DNA from: Gemmatimonadales bacterium
GTDB lineage: Bacteria; Gemmatimonadota; Gemmatimonadetes; Gemmatimonadales; GWC2-71-9
DNA length: 64,000 nt
Direction of reading: 5' to 3'
Assembly (NCBI GenBank): GCA_041613315.1
Contig: JBFJHJ010000001.1
Location: 64,001-128,000 of the forward strand
The notes beneath the pieces were generated by a model. It saw only the letters and a program-made list of their open reading frames with translations. It searched no databases and had not been told where the DNA came from. Both the position numbers and the translations under genes were made by a program. This document shows positions 28,664-37,564 of the stretch, in pieces. Positions within the stretch are counted from its first letter, which is position 1; each line of letters opens with the position of its first letter.

Positions 28664-29800
28664 CTACCGCCGGAACAGCGCGGGGTTGACCCGAACGATC
28701 CGGTCGTCACCCTGCGTGGCGGGGCCGCGCGCGTCACGGTTGCTCGTTGTGAAGTAGAGCATCCCGTCAGGCCCGACGGTGACGGCACGGATCCGCCCGA
28801 AGTCGCCGTAGAAGTGCGCGATGAGCGCCGCCACCTCGTCGTCCTCCAGCCGCGCTTCGTACAGCGCCGCGCCCCTCAGGCCGCCGAAGAAGAGGCTGCC
28901 GTCGCGGTACGCGACACCGGCCGGCGCCCACGTGTAGTCGGGGCCCGAATGCATGAGGGGCGCCGCCATCCCATCGCGTGTCCGGTCGCCCTGCATCACC
29001 GGCCAGCCGTAGTTCCGGCCCGGTTCGATCCGGTTGATTTCGTCCAAGCCGCTTTCGAGCCCCGACCGACCGTGCTCCGTGCTCCACAGCCGGCCCCCGT
29101 CGTCCCAGGCCAGGCCCTGGGCGTTGCGGTGACCCCAGGAATAGACGTGCGTGCCGAACGGGTTATCGAGCGGGATCTCGCCGCCCGCGGTGACGCGGAG
29201 GATCTTGCCGGCGAGCGACGTGCGGTCTTGCGCGAGGGCACCGTCGGTCGCGTCGCCGGTGGTGATGTAGAGCAGCCCATCGGGGCCGAAGGCGAGGCCG
29301 CAGCCGTCGTGGAACTGGGCAGCGGGAATGCGGTCAAGGATCACGGCACGCTCGGTGATGCCCGCGCCCGTCCAGCGATACCGCTCCACCCTGTTCTCGA
29401 GCCCGGACGCGCCGTCGGCGGTGAGGCAGAGATACAACCGCTGGTTCGCGGCGAAGTCGGGGTCGAGCGCCATCCCCATGAGCCCTCCCTCGCCGACGTG
29501 TCGCACGCCGGGGACCTCGAGCGTCCGCCGCACGCTGCCCAGGTGAACCAGTCGGCCGCGACGCTCCGTCACGAGGAGGCTCCCGTCCGGAAGCACTGCG
29601 AGCTGCCACGGGATCTCGAGATTCTCGGCGATGATTCGCACGTCCCCCGGCGCCGTGTCTGCGAGCGACAGCCCGGTCAGTGGCACGGGCGGCGTCTGCT
29701 GCCCAAAGATGAACACGCGAAACAGCCGATCGCGCAGCACATAGGCCACGAGCACGACGACGGCGACGGCGAGCACGATGCGAAGCGGGCGAATCTTCAT
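28664..29800 (-). CDS. PQQ-dependent sugar dehydrogenase (glucose/sorbosone family)
   Basis: LEIPW, GEGGLMG, HDGCGLAFGPDG.LY...GD, SLAGKILR, GHRNAQG, GRIR; start MKIRP with GAGG RBS. Confidence 0.88.
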   Translation of the reverse strand: MKIRPLRIVLAVAVVVLVAYVLRDRLFRVFIFGQQTPPVPLTGLSLADTAPGDVRIIAENLEIPWQLAVLPDGSLLVTERRGRLVHLGSVRRTLEVPGVRHVGEGGLMGMALDPDFAANQRLYLCLTADGASGLENRVERYRWTGAGITERAVILDRIPAAQFHDGCGLAFGPDGLLYITTGDATDGALAQDRTSLAGKILRVTAGGEIPLDNPFGTHVYSWGHRNAQGLAWDDGGRLWSTEHGRSGLESGLDEINRIEPGRNYGWPVMQGDRTRDGMAAPLMHSGPDYTWAPAGVAYRDGSLFFGGLRGAALYEARLEDDEVAALIAHFYGDFGRIRAVTVGPDGMLYFTTSNRDARGPATQGDDRIVRVNPALFRR

Positions 29801-30025
29801 GGGCGTTCCTCGTGGGCACGATGCGGACGACGCGTGAGAGGGTAAGGTCGGTCGGCGAACGGCCTCGTGCCAGTTCGCGCGGCCGGGGTAGCCATGGCGC
29901 AGCCGCGGGCGCAGCTTAGATCCTCGACGGTGGCCGCCCCACGCGGTCCGGCGTCGCCGGCAAACCGTACCAGCGAATCGGCATCCATGTCCGCCAACGG
30001 CGTCGACCCACTCCAGAGAGGACGC

Positions 30026-31492
30026 ATGACGACCACACGTCATGTCTTGATGGTCGTGTTTCTGGTCGCCGCCACGGCATGCGAGACCGCGGCCCCGTAT
30101 GACGTCGTCCTTCTGGGTGGGCGTGTCATGGATCCCGAGTCGAGCCTCGACGCGGTGCGGAATGTCGGCGTGCGGGATGGTCGCGTGGCCGAGATCACCG
30201 AGGGGACCGTCGTCGGCCGCGACACGGTCGTTGCGGCGGGGCTCGTCGTCGCCCCGGGGTTCATCGATCTCCACGCCCACGGCCAGGATTCCGTGGGCAG
30301 CCGGCTCCAGGCATTGGACGGCGTTACGATGGCGCTCGAGCTCGAGATCGGCGTCTACCCGGTGGCCGCCTGGTACCGTTCGAAGGAAGGGCGCGCCGTC
30401 ATCCACTACGGTGCGACGGTGAGCCACCTCGGGGCCCGCGTCGCGCTGATGCACGGGCGCGACGTGGGCCACTGGCCCACGAACCCGGAGGCCGCGCCAC
30501 GCCTGGGCCCGAACCCCCGCGGGCTCTACGGCAAGGCCACCCCGCCCGAGGTGGACGGGCTCGCCGAGCTGATCGCCCGCGGTCTCGGTGAAGGGGCGCT
30601 TGGGGTGGGCTTCGGGATCAACTACACCCCGGGCGCCGCGCCCGATGAGATCGAGCGGCTGTTCCAGGTGGCGCAGGAGCGGGGCCGCCCGGTCTTCGTG
30701 CACACGCGAACGTTCGGTCTCGACGCGATACGGGAAGCGATTGCGGCCGCGGAGAAGACCGGCGCCGCGTTGCACATCGTGCACATCGGGAGCAGCGCGA
30801 ACCGCAGCGTGCCCGCGGCGCTCGAGCTGATCCGCGCAGCCCGCGCGCGCGGCGTGGACGTCACGACGGAGGTGTATCCCTACACTGCGGCGTCCACCCG
30901 CATCGAATCGGCGATCTTCGACGCGGGTTGGCGACAGACCCTGAACATCGACTACGGGCATCTCGAGTGGCCGGCGACGGGCGAACGCCTGACCGCAACG
31001 AGCTTCGCTCGCCATCGCCGCGACGGCGGGTGGGTCATCATCCACATGATGGCGCCGGAGATGGTCGCCCTGGCGGTCGCGGCGCCGGACGTTCTCATCT
31101 CGAGCGACGGCGTCCCGTTCGTGAATGGGACCGGTCACCCCCGAGGTGCGGGTACCTTTGCCCGCGTGCTGGGACGCTACGTGCGGGAGCAGGGCGCCCT
31201 CTCGCTGATGGAGGCGCTTCGCAAGATCACGTTGCTCCCCGCGTTGCGGCTCGAAGCGGCGGTGCCCGCGATGCGGAACAAGGGCCGCCTGCGGGTGGAC
31301 GCCGACGCCGACATCACGCTGTTCGATCCCCAGCGCGTGATCGACCGCGCGACGTTCCGGGCGCCCACGCAACCCTCGGCCGGAATCGCGCACGTACTCG
31401 TCGGCGGTGTCTTCGTGGTCCGCGACTCAGCGCTCGTGGACGGCGTGACGCCGGGTCGAGGGGTCCGCGCGGGGGTGGGGGGAGCGCCGTGA
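30026..31492 (+). CDS. Amidohydrolase (D-aminoacylase-like), probable lipoprotein
   Basis: ATA-C lipobox; GGRVMDP, PGFIDLHAH, EVYPYTA, SDG..HPRGAGTFARVLG, DADITLFDP. Confidence 0.85.
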   Translation: MTTTRHVLMVVFLVAATACETAAPYDVVLLGGRVMDPESSLDAVRNVGVRDGRVAEITEGTVVGRDTVVAAGLVVAPGFIDLHAHGQDSVGSRLQALDGVTMALELEIGVYPVAAWYRSKEGRAVIHYGATVSHLGARVALMHGRDVGHWPTNPEAAPRLGPNPRGLYGKATPPEVDGLAELIARGLGEGALGVGFGINYTPGAAPDEIERLFQVAQERGRPVFVHTRTFGLDAIREAIAAAEKTGAALHIVHIGSSANRSVPAALELIRAARARGVDVTTEVYPYTAASTRIESAIFDAGWRQTLNIDYGHLEWPATGERLTATSFARHRRDGGWVIIHMMAPEMVALAVAAPDVLISSDGVPFVNGTGHPRGAGTFARVLGRYVREQGALSLMEALRKITLLPALRLEAAVPAMRNKGRLRVDADADITLFDPQRVIDRATFRAPTQPSAGIAHVLVGGVFVVRDSALVDGVTPGRGVRAGVGGAP

Positions 31493-31593
31493 CGGCGATG
31501 GGGCGGGCATGGCCGAGCGGTATCCTGCGCGGTTGGGGCGCGTTCTGACGTGGGGGTCGTGTTGCAGACGATGCCCGCCCGCCTTCCCGGCTC

Positions 31594-32589
31594 GTGAGTG
31601 CACCCGAGCCAGGTGACGAACGTGCGCGCCTCGCGGCGCTGCGGCGCTACGAGGTGCTCGACACGTTGCCCGAACAGGCGTACGACGACATCACGTACGT
31701 TGCCTCGCTGATCGCGGGTACGCCCATCGCGCTCGTCAGCCTGATCGACCGTGACCGGCAGTGGTTCAAATCGAGGGTCGGCCTCGCGGTGCCCGAGACG
31801 TCTCGGGATCTCGCATTCTGCGCGCACGCGATCATGGAGCCGGACGATCTGTTCGTCGTCCCTGACGCCCGGCGCGACGAGCGTTTCGCCAACAACCCCT
31901 GGTGACGGCGGACCCCCAGATCCGCTTCTACGCGGGTGCGCCACTGGTAACGTCCGACGGGGCGGCCTTGGGGACGCTGTGCGTCATCGACCGCGTGCCG
32001 CGCGAGCTGACCGCCGATCAACAAGAAGCGCTGCGCGCACTCTCTCGGCAGGTGATGGCGCAGCTGGAACTGCGGCGCACGCTGGCCGAGCTCAGGCGTC
32101 AGAGCACGACCGACAGTTTGACCGGGACGATGAACCGGCGGGCGTTCGAGACGCGGCTGGACGAGGAGTACGATCGCGCGGTCCGGTACCGGTCTCCGCT
32201 CTCGCTGGCGCTGCTGGATGTCGACGACTTCAAGGCGTACAACGACAGCTTCGGGCATCCCGAGGGCGACGAGGTGCTTCGGACGCTGGCTCGGGTCATG
32301 ACGGAGCAGTGCCGGTCGAGCGACCTGATCGCACGCTACGGCGGTGAGGAGTTCGTCGTGATCCTCCCCAACACGGCTCGTGATGACGCGCTCGTGCTGG
32401 CGGAACGCTATCGCCGGGCCATCGAGCAGCACGGTTGGGAACGGCGCGCCATCACGATCAGCCTTGGCGTCTCGACGTTCCCCGACACCGCGCGCGTGCG
32501 CCGAGCTCATCGCTCAGGCGGACGCGGCGCTGTACGGCTCCAAGCAAGGCGGGCGCAATCGCGTGATGCACGCGAAGGACCTGGCCTAA
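31594..32589 (+). pseudogene. GAF-GGDEF diguanylate cyclase with two frameshifts (pseudogene or assembly errors)
   Basis: GAF ([16 protein letters not shown]...RFANNP / [15 protein letters not shown]) broken near 31896; GGEEF domain; C-terminus ELIAQADAALY.SK..GRNRV in another frame after about 32495. Confidence 0.8.
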
Positions 32590-32609
32590 GGTGAACAAGA
32601 GGTCGTGCC

Positions 32610-33257
32610 GTGCGGCATGAGCCTCCCGCCGCGGTCGGGCGTGGACGATTGCCGCTCGGACTGCTGGTGCTCGGGGCCGGTGCCCTGACGGTCTCCGCGA
32701 TCGGGCCCTACGATCGCACGACGTGGTGGCTCGAGGTCTTTCCGATTGTGATCGGCGTACCGGTGCTCGTCGCCACGTATCGCCGGTTTCCGCTCACGTC
32801 CCTCGTGTACGTCCTGCTCTTCCTCCACGCGCTCATCCTCATGCTCGGGGCGCACTACACGTACGCGAACGTACCGCTCGGGTTCTGGGTGCAGGAACTT
32901 TTCGACCTGGGTCGTAATCACTACGACCGGCTGGGGCACGTCGCCCAGGGATTCGTGCCGGCGATCCTGGTGCGGGAGATCCTTCTCCGGCGCTCGCCGC
33001 TGGTGTCAGGACGCTGGCTGTTCTTCCTTGTCACGGCGACGTGTCTCGCGTTCAGCGCCTGCTACGAGTTCATCGAATGGTGGGCCGCCCTGTTGGGTGG
33101 GGCGTCCGCGGAGGCGTTCCTGGGCACGCAGGGCGACGTGTGGGACACGCAGTGGGACATGTTCCTGGCGATGTGCGGCGCGATCGCCGCACAGCTCCTG
33201 CTCGCGCGCCGGCACGACCGGCAGCTCGCCCGGCTGGCGGCCGCGGGCGCCGCCTGA
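32610..33257 (+). CDS. DUF2238 (YjdF-like) inner membrane protein
   Basis: PYDRTTWWLE, GAHYTYANVP, RNHYDRLGH, YEFIEW, FLGTQGDVWDTQWDM. Confidence 0.88.
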   Translation: MRHEPPAAVGRGRLPLGLLVLGAGALTVSAIGPYDRTTWWLEVFPIVIGVPVLVATYRRFPLTSLVYVLLFLHALILMLGAHYTYANVPLGFWVQELFDLGRNHYDRLGHVAQGFVPAILVREILLRRSPLVSGRWLFFLVTATCLAFSACYEFIEWWAALLGGASAEAFLGTQGDVWDTQWDMFLAMCGAIAAQLLLARRHDRQLARLAAAGAA

Positions 33258-33274
33258 GCCGTCCGAGGGTCGGC

Positions 33275-33772
33275 ATGGCGCACCTCGTGATCCGCTTCAC
33301 GAAGCATCCCGACGGCTCCAACGTTCTCCACTGCGCCCGGCCCGACGGCACGGCGGTCTGGCAGCGCCAGGTCGGTGGGTACTTTCCACTCCACGATCTC
33401 ACGCACTACGTGGTGGAGACGACGCTCGAGCTGGGAGACGCGTTCTTCGGCCTGCTCGCGCGGGGCTGGACGTTCGCCGACTTCGGCAAGCCGTGGCCGC
33501 GTGGGCCGCTGCCGCCGGAGGCGGCCTTCGCGGAATACGTCGTCGGGCTCCTCCAGGCCGAACGGGCGAGCGGCACCGAGCAGGACGCGGCGGACTTCAA
33601 CGCGTGGCTGGCCAAGGCACCTGCCGGCGGGGCGCTGCCGACCCCAGTGCTCACCGACGCGGAACTGGGGCGGATCCGAACGGCCGTGCGCGAGCTGTTC
33701 GTCCGCTGGCGCGCTGTGCCGGTCGGGGAGATGCTCGAGCTCACGTTCCCCGTCGGGGCGCCCCGCCGGTGA
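33275..33772 (+). CDS. Conserved hypothetical protein
   Basis: L.CARPDG..WQ, PLHDLTHYVVE..L...AFFGLLA.GW; protein-like composition. Confidence 0.7.
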   Translation: MAHLVIRFTKHPDGSNVLHCARPDGTAVWQRQVGGYFPLHDLTHYVVETTLELGDAFFGLLARGWTFADFGKPWPRGPLPPEAAFAEYVVGLLQAERASGTEQDAADFNAWLAKAPAGGALPTPVLTDAELGRIRTAVRELFVRWRAVPVGEMLELTFPVGAPRR

Positions 33773-33804
33773 GCGCCATCGCGCAAATCCAGCTGGACCG
33801 CCGG

Positions 33805-33833
33805 TTGGATCGAGCACGGCGGCGCGCTAGACT
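33805..33833 (+). promoter_or_regulatory. Putative leaderless promoter TTGGAT-17-TAGACT
   Basis: -10 ends 7 nt before ATG 33841; no Shine-Dalgarno. Confidence 0.5.
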
Positions 33834-33840
33834 TGTCGCC

Positions 33841-34389
33841 ATGAGATCCAGTGATCGCAGGCTCCGCCCGATCCCCGCGGCGCTCGTCCCGCTCGCTCTC
33901 ACCCTCGCGGCTGCGGCGCCGGTGCAGGCACAGTCGGCGGCCGCCGAGCGCCTTCCCGAGTGGATCACCGCCGCGGGCGACACCGTGCTGCTCGACCTCA
34001 CCGTGACGGCGCCGCCCGAGGCGCCCTCGGCCGTGATCAACGGCTACCGTGACGGCGCGGCGCAAGTGCGGGTGCCGCTGCATGCCATCGTGCGGTGGAC
34101 GTGGCGCTCGGTGGACTCGAGCGCGGTGCACAGCCTTGTGGCGATGGTCGAGCGGGAAAAGCTTCCGGATCGCGCTGGCCGCCCCGCGTTCCGAAATGCT
34201 CAGACGCGGTCCGCCAGTCGGGGTCTTCCAGCCGGTCGGGTGGACCACACCACGTTCGTGGCGGATCAGCAGGGGTGGTTCTGGCTGCTCTGTGGAGTCC
34301 CCGAGCACGCGCTCCGTGGCGAGTGGCTGGGGCTGCGGGTGGATCCTGACGCGCGCGCGCCCGGCGTCACCTATCGCGCGCCGCGTTAG
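33841..34389 (+). CDS. Sulfocyanin/cupredoxin-like exported protein
   Basis: Signal peptide VQA-Q; NGY..G, VHSL, GWFWLLCGVPEHALRGEW (cupredoxin C-x4-H-x4-M loop with Glu in place of Met). Confidence 0.7.
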   Translation: MRSSDRRLRPIPAALVPLALTLAAAAPVQAQSAAAERLPEWITAAGDTVLLDLTVTAPPEAPSAVINGYRDGAAQVRVPLHAIVRWTWRSVDSSAVHSLVAMVEREKLPDRAGRPAFRNAQTRSASRGLPAGRVDHTTFVADQQGWFWLLCGVPEHALRGEWLGLRVDPDARAPGVTYRAPR

Positions 34390-35441
34390 GGGGCGCGGCC
34401 CGGCGGCTCGTCGGGTTCGGCCGGGTGCTTGGCGCCGGCCGACCGATCGTCACGTGGCGGCTCGTGGGGCGGGGCCAGTGAAGCGCCGCCGGCCGCGCCC
34501 GCGGCGCCCACCACCCCCAACAGACTCGGAACGTTGAGCGAGTCGGCGAGCCCCGACGGGACGACCATCAACGAGCCCCGCTTCACGATGCTCTCGTAGA
34601 GCATGTTCATCGCCCGCAGGTTCAGCGCCACGGGGCTCTTGCGGTAACTCTCCGCCGCCTCGACGAACTTCGAGGCGATCTGGGTCTCCGCGGTGCCCAA
34701 GATGATCCGCGCCTGACGCTCGCGCTCCGCCTGCGCCTGCCGCGACATCGCCTCTTCGAGCGCCTTGGGAATGATCACGTCGCGGATCTCGACCGACTGC
34801 ACCTGAATCCCCCAGTCATGCATCTTCGTGTCGAGGATCTCCTGCAATCCCCGGCCCAGCTCCTTGCGCGACTGGATCAGTTCCGCCAAGTCGTGTTTCC
34901 CGATCGCGTCCCGCAGCGCGGTCTGCGCCGCGAGGATCACCGCCTGCTCGTAATTCTGCACTTCCAGCGCTGCCCGCTCGGCGTCGTACACGATCCAGAA
35001 CGCGATGGCGTCCACGTTGACCGGCACCGTGTCCTTGGTGAGGCACGACTCGGCGCCGAAGTCGGTGGTGCGGATCCGCTGGTCGATGTGGTACGGCACG
35101 CGGTCGAGCACGGGAATGACAACAAAGAACCCGGGACCGCGGAGCCCGCGGTAGCGCCCGAGCCGCAGCACCACCGCCTTCTCCCACTGGTCGGCGTACT
35201 TGATGGCCGCGCCCACGATCAGCCCACCGATGGCCCCGAGGACCGGTGCCACCCACGCGAACGCGCCGGGGATGGGCAGCAACAGGAGGAGGCCGGCCAG
35301 GCCGAGGCCCGACAGAGCGCCCGACAGGATCGCCGGGAACGGATAGCGCGTGTCGTTGGGGGAGCTGGTGGTCACACGGACCTCCTGCGTGGGGCTCGGC
35401 CGGGTGCTATGTGTCGGCACGGGTAGATAGGTGGGGCTCAT
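34386..35441 (-). CDS. SPFH/stomatin (slipin) family protein
   Basis: QWEKAVVLRLG, IDQRIRT, LTKDTVPVNVDA, AQTALRD, AMSRQAQAERE; start either ATG 35441 or GTG 35375 (GGAGG RBS). Confidence 0.9.
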   Translation of the reverse strand: MSPTYLPVPTHSTRPSPTQEVRVTTSSPNDTRYPFPAILSGALSGLGLAGLLLLLPIPGAFAWVAPVLGAIGGLIVGAAIKYADQWEKAVVLRLGRYRGLRGPGFFVVIPVLDRVPYHIDQRIRTTDFGAESCLTKDTVPVNVDAIAFWIVYDAERAALEVQNYEQAVILAAQTALRDAIGKHDLAELIQSRKELGRGLQEILDTKMHDWGIQVQSVEIRDVIIPKALEEAMSRQAQAERERQARIILGTAETQIASKFVEAAESYRKSPVALNLRAMNMLYESIVKRGSLMVVPSGLADSLNVPSLLGVVGAAGAAGGASLAPPHEPPRDDRSAGAKHPAEPDEPPGRAP

Positions 35442-35878
35442 GGCGTTGACTCCGGGGCACCGGCATCACGCGCCGAGGCGCGCAGCGTCGCGAGGACCTC
35501 GATGAGCTGGTCGAGGGAAACACCCAGGGCTTCGGCCTGGGTGGCGGCGTCCCGCGCCAGGCGATCGAGGCGCGCCCGTCGCTCGAGCTCCGACCGATCG
35601 GGCTCGGCCAGACAGACGACGGTTCCTTCCCCGGCCCGCGTCGCGAGCACGCCCAACAACTCGAGCTCCTCATAGGCCCGACCCACCGTGTTCGGGTGGA
35701 TGCCCAGGTCGATCGCGAGTTGCCGCACGGTGGGGAGGCGCGCCCCGGTGTCCAAGGTGCCCGTCATGACCTCGACCCAGACCCGATCCACGATCTGCCG
35801 GTGCAGCGGCACGCCGCTGCCCAGATCGAGGTACATCGCCAGCCGCGCCGCGATGTCGGTGCGTCGGTGGTCGAGCAT
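35438..35878 (-). CDS. GntR family regulator (YtrA-like)
   Basis: PLHRQI, GARLPTVRQLAIDLGIHPNTVGRAYEEL; short C-terminal helices. Confidence 0.9.
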   Translation of the reverse strand: MLDHRRTDIAARLAMYLDLGSGVPLHRQIVDRVWVEVMTGTLDTGARLPTVRQLAIDLGIHPNTVGRAYEELELLGVLATRAGEGTVVCLAEPDRSELERRARLDRLARDAATQAEALGVSLDQLIEVLATLRASARDAGAPESTP

Positions 35879-36005
35879 GAGGCCGCTCTCTCCGGGAAGC
35901 TCTCCGAAGGATACGAAGAGAGGAGCGCCGGAGCCAGGTGGCGCACCGAGCCTGTTGGCGGCCTGGCCGGAGGGACGCCACTATTGGGGATCCGATTCGT
36001 TCGCG

Positions 36006-36335
36006 ATGGAGGCCACCGTGTCCGGCTCAGGCTATACCTACATCTGGGAGTACCGGATCGAGCCGCAGATGGAGGCGGCGTTTTTGGAGTGCTATCGGCC
36101 GGCCGGCCGCTGGGCGGAGCTGTTCAGCGGTGCCGAGGGCTATCAGCGGACCGATCTACTGCAGGACCTCGACGACCCCACGCGGTACGTCACGGTGGAC
36201 TACTGGGACTCGGAAGAGGCGTTCCAGGCGTTCAACGAGCGCTTCGGCGCCGAGTTTCACGAGCTGGACGGACTCTGCGCGCTGCTCACAGTGAGCGAGT
36301 CGCCGATGGGACGGTTCCGGACGTTTGCGCCGTAA
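36006..36335 (+). CDS. Antibiotic biosynthesis monooxygenase (ABM)-like protein
   Basis: YIWEY, G.WAELF..AEGY..TDLL, RYVTVDYWDSEEAF. Confidence 0.75.
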   Translation: MEATVSGSGYTYIWEYRIEPQMEAAFLECYRPAGRWAELFSGAEGYQRTDLLQDLDDPTRYVTVDYWDSEEAFQAFNERFGAEFHELDGLCALLTVSESPMGRFRTFAP

Positions 36336-36401
36336 GGCCATCGCGCGCGGCGCGAACGGAGCGCCGATATTCGGCCCGTGTGTCAGAAAGGCCAGATCCC
36401 C

Positions 36402-36839
36402 ATGCAAACAGTCGTGCTCTCGGTGGTGGTTGGACTGCTGGGCGGCATCGCGATCGGCTTCCAGAATCCCCTGGCGAGTCTCATGGGCCAACGTCTGGGG
36501 ATCGTGGAATCCGCCTTCATCATCCACGTGGGCGGCACCCTCGTCGCGGGCGTGCCGCTCGTGTTGCTCGGCGGCGGCCGAATGGCGCTGTGGCGGACGG
36601 TCCCATGGTACGCGCTCGCCGCGGGCGTCCTCGGCGTCACCCTGATCGCCGCCATCAGCTTCACGATCCCGCGCATCGGTGTCGCTGCCACCGTGGCGCT
36701 CGTGGTCGCCGCGCAGCTCGTGGTCGGCGCGTGGTTGGACCACTTCGGCCTGCTGGAAACCGCGGTGCGGACGCTCGACATTGGGCGGCTCGCCGGGATC
36801 GCCTTGCTCTTGGCGGGAGCATGGTTGGTGCTCCGATAG
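36402..36839 (+). CDS. DMT family transporter (YdcZ/DUF606-like)
   Basis: 5 TM; PWYAL..G.LG, PRIGVA, AQL....LDHFG. Confidence 0.85.
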   Translation: MQTVVLSVVVGLLGGIAIGFQNPLASLMGQRLGIVESAFIIHVGGTLVAGVPLVLLGGGRMALWRTVPWYALAAGVLGVTLIAAISFTIPRIGVAATVALVVAAQLVVGAWLDHFGLLETAVRTLDIGRLAGIALLLAGAWLVLR

Positions 36840-37030
36840 CATAGGGACGGTCGCTTCCGCACCCGGCGCGAGGCGTACGCATCTCGTCCGAGATCTCGAT
36901 CGCGAGGCCCCGCCGGAAGCGGAGGAGCTGAACGGTCTGGGTGGCGAAAGATGGGAGCTCGCCGCCGCGTGGGTTGCCGTCGCACGGACCCCGGGAGACA
37001 TTCGGAGCCGAGACTGCAGGGGAGGCACCG

Positions 37031-37516
37031 ATGGCACGCGCCGTCCTGCTTTGCATCGCGCTCGCGCTGGCGGGCTGCCAGCCCCGCGACGTTGCGCTGA
37101 CGCCCGCCCATTCACGGGCGATGGTCGACAGCGTGCGTGGGATGTTGCAGGACTACACCGCGCTGGTCAACGCGCGGCAGTGGGATTCCGTCGTCGGCTA
37201 CTTCGCCAACGATCCGGGCTTTCGCTGGGTGGAGGACGGGCGCGTCACGTACCCATCGTATGATTCCGTCGTCACGACGTTCGGGGCCATCGGGGCCATG
37301 ATCCGGTCGATCGAGCTCGGTTGGAGCGATGTCGCGGTGACGCCTATCGCGCCCGGCGCGGCTGCCCTCACCGCCACGTTTCAGGAGACACTCACCGACA
37401 CGGCCGGCGTGCGGGTGGATCTGCGGGGGATCGTGACCATCGCGCTGCGGCACGAGCGCGGCGGCTGGCGGTTCGTCGTCGGTCACGCCTCGAGCCCACA
37501 GCACGCGGCGCGGTAG
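37031..37516 (+). CDS. NTF2/SnoaL-like lipoprotein
   Basis: LAG-C lipobox, GGAGG RBS, C-terminal GGWRFVVGHAS. Confidence 0.75.
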   Translation: MARAVLLCIALALAGCQPRDVALTPAHSRAMVDSVRGMLQDYTALVNARQWDSVVGYFANDPGFRWVEDGRVTYPSYDSVVTTFGAIGAMIRSIELGWSDVAVTPIAPGAAALTATFQETLTDTAGVRVDLRGIVTIALRHERGGWRFVVGHASSPQHAAR

Positions 37517-37564
37517 ACGCGTGGGATGCCCGTCTGGCGGTCGTAGCCGGAAGGAGTGTGTGTG

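Noticed and set aside
29801..31393. N-terminal 530 aa of the 909-aa minus-strand ORF
   Set aside because: Antisense shadow of the amidohydrolase; the dehydrogenase motifs begin after MKIRP at 29800, which has its own RBS
31890..31910. Programmed frameshift or TGA recoding in the GAF-GGDEF gene
   Set aside because: No slippery heptamer, homology continues in another frame rather than through the TGA, and a second independent shift exists
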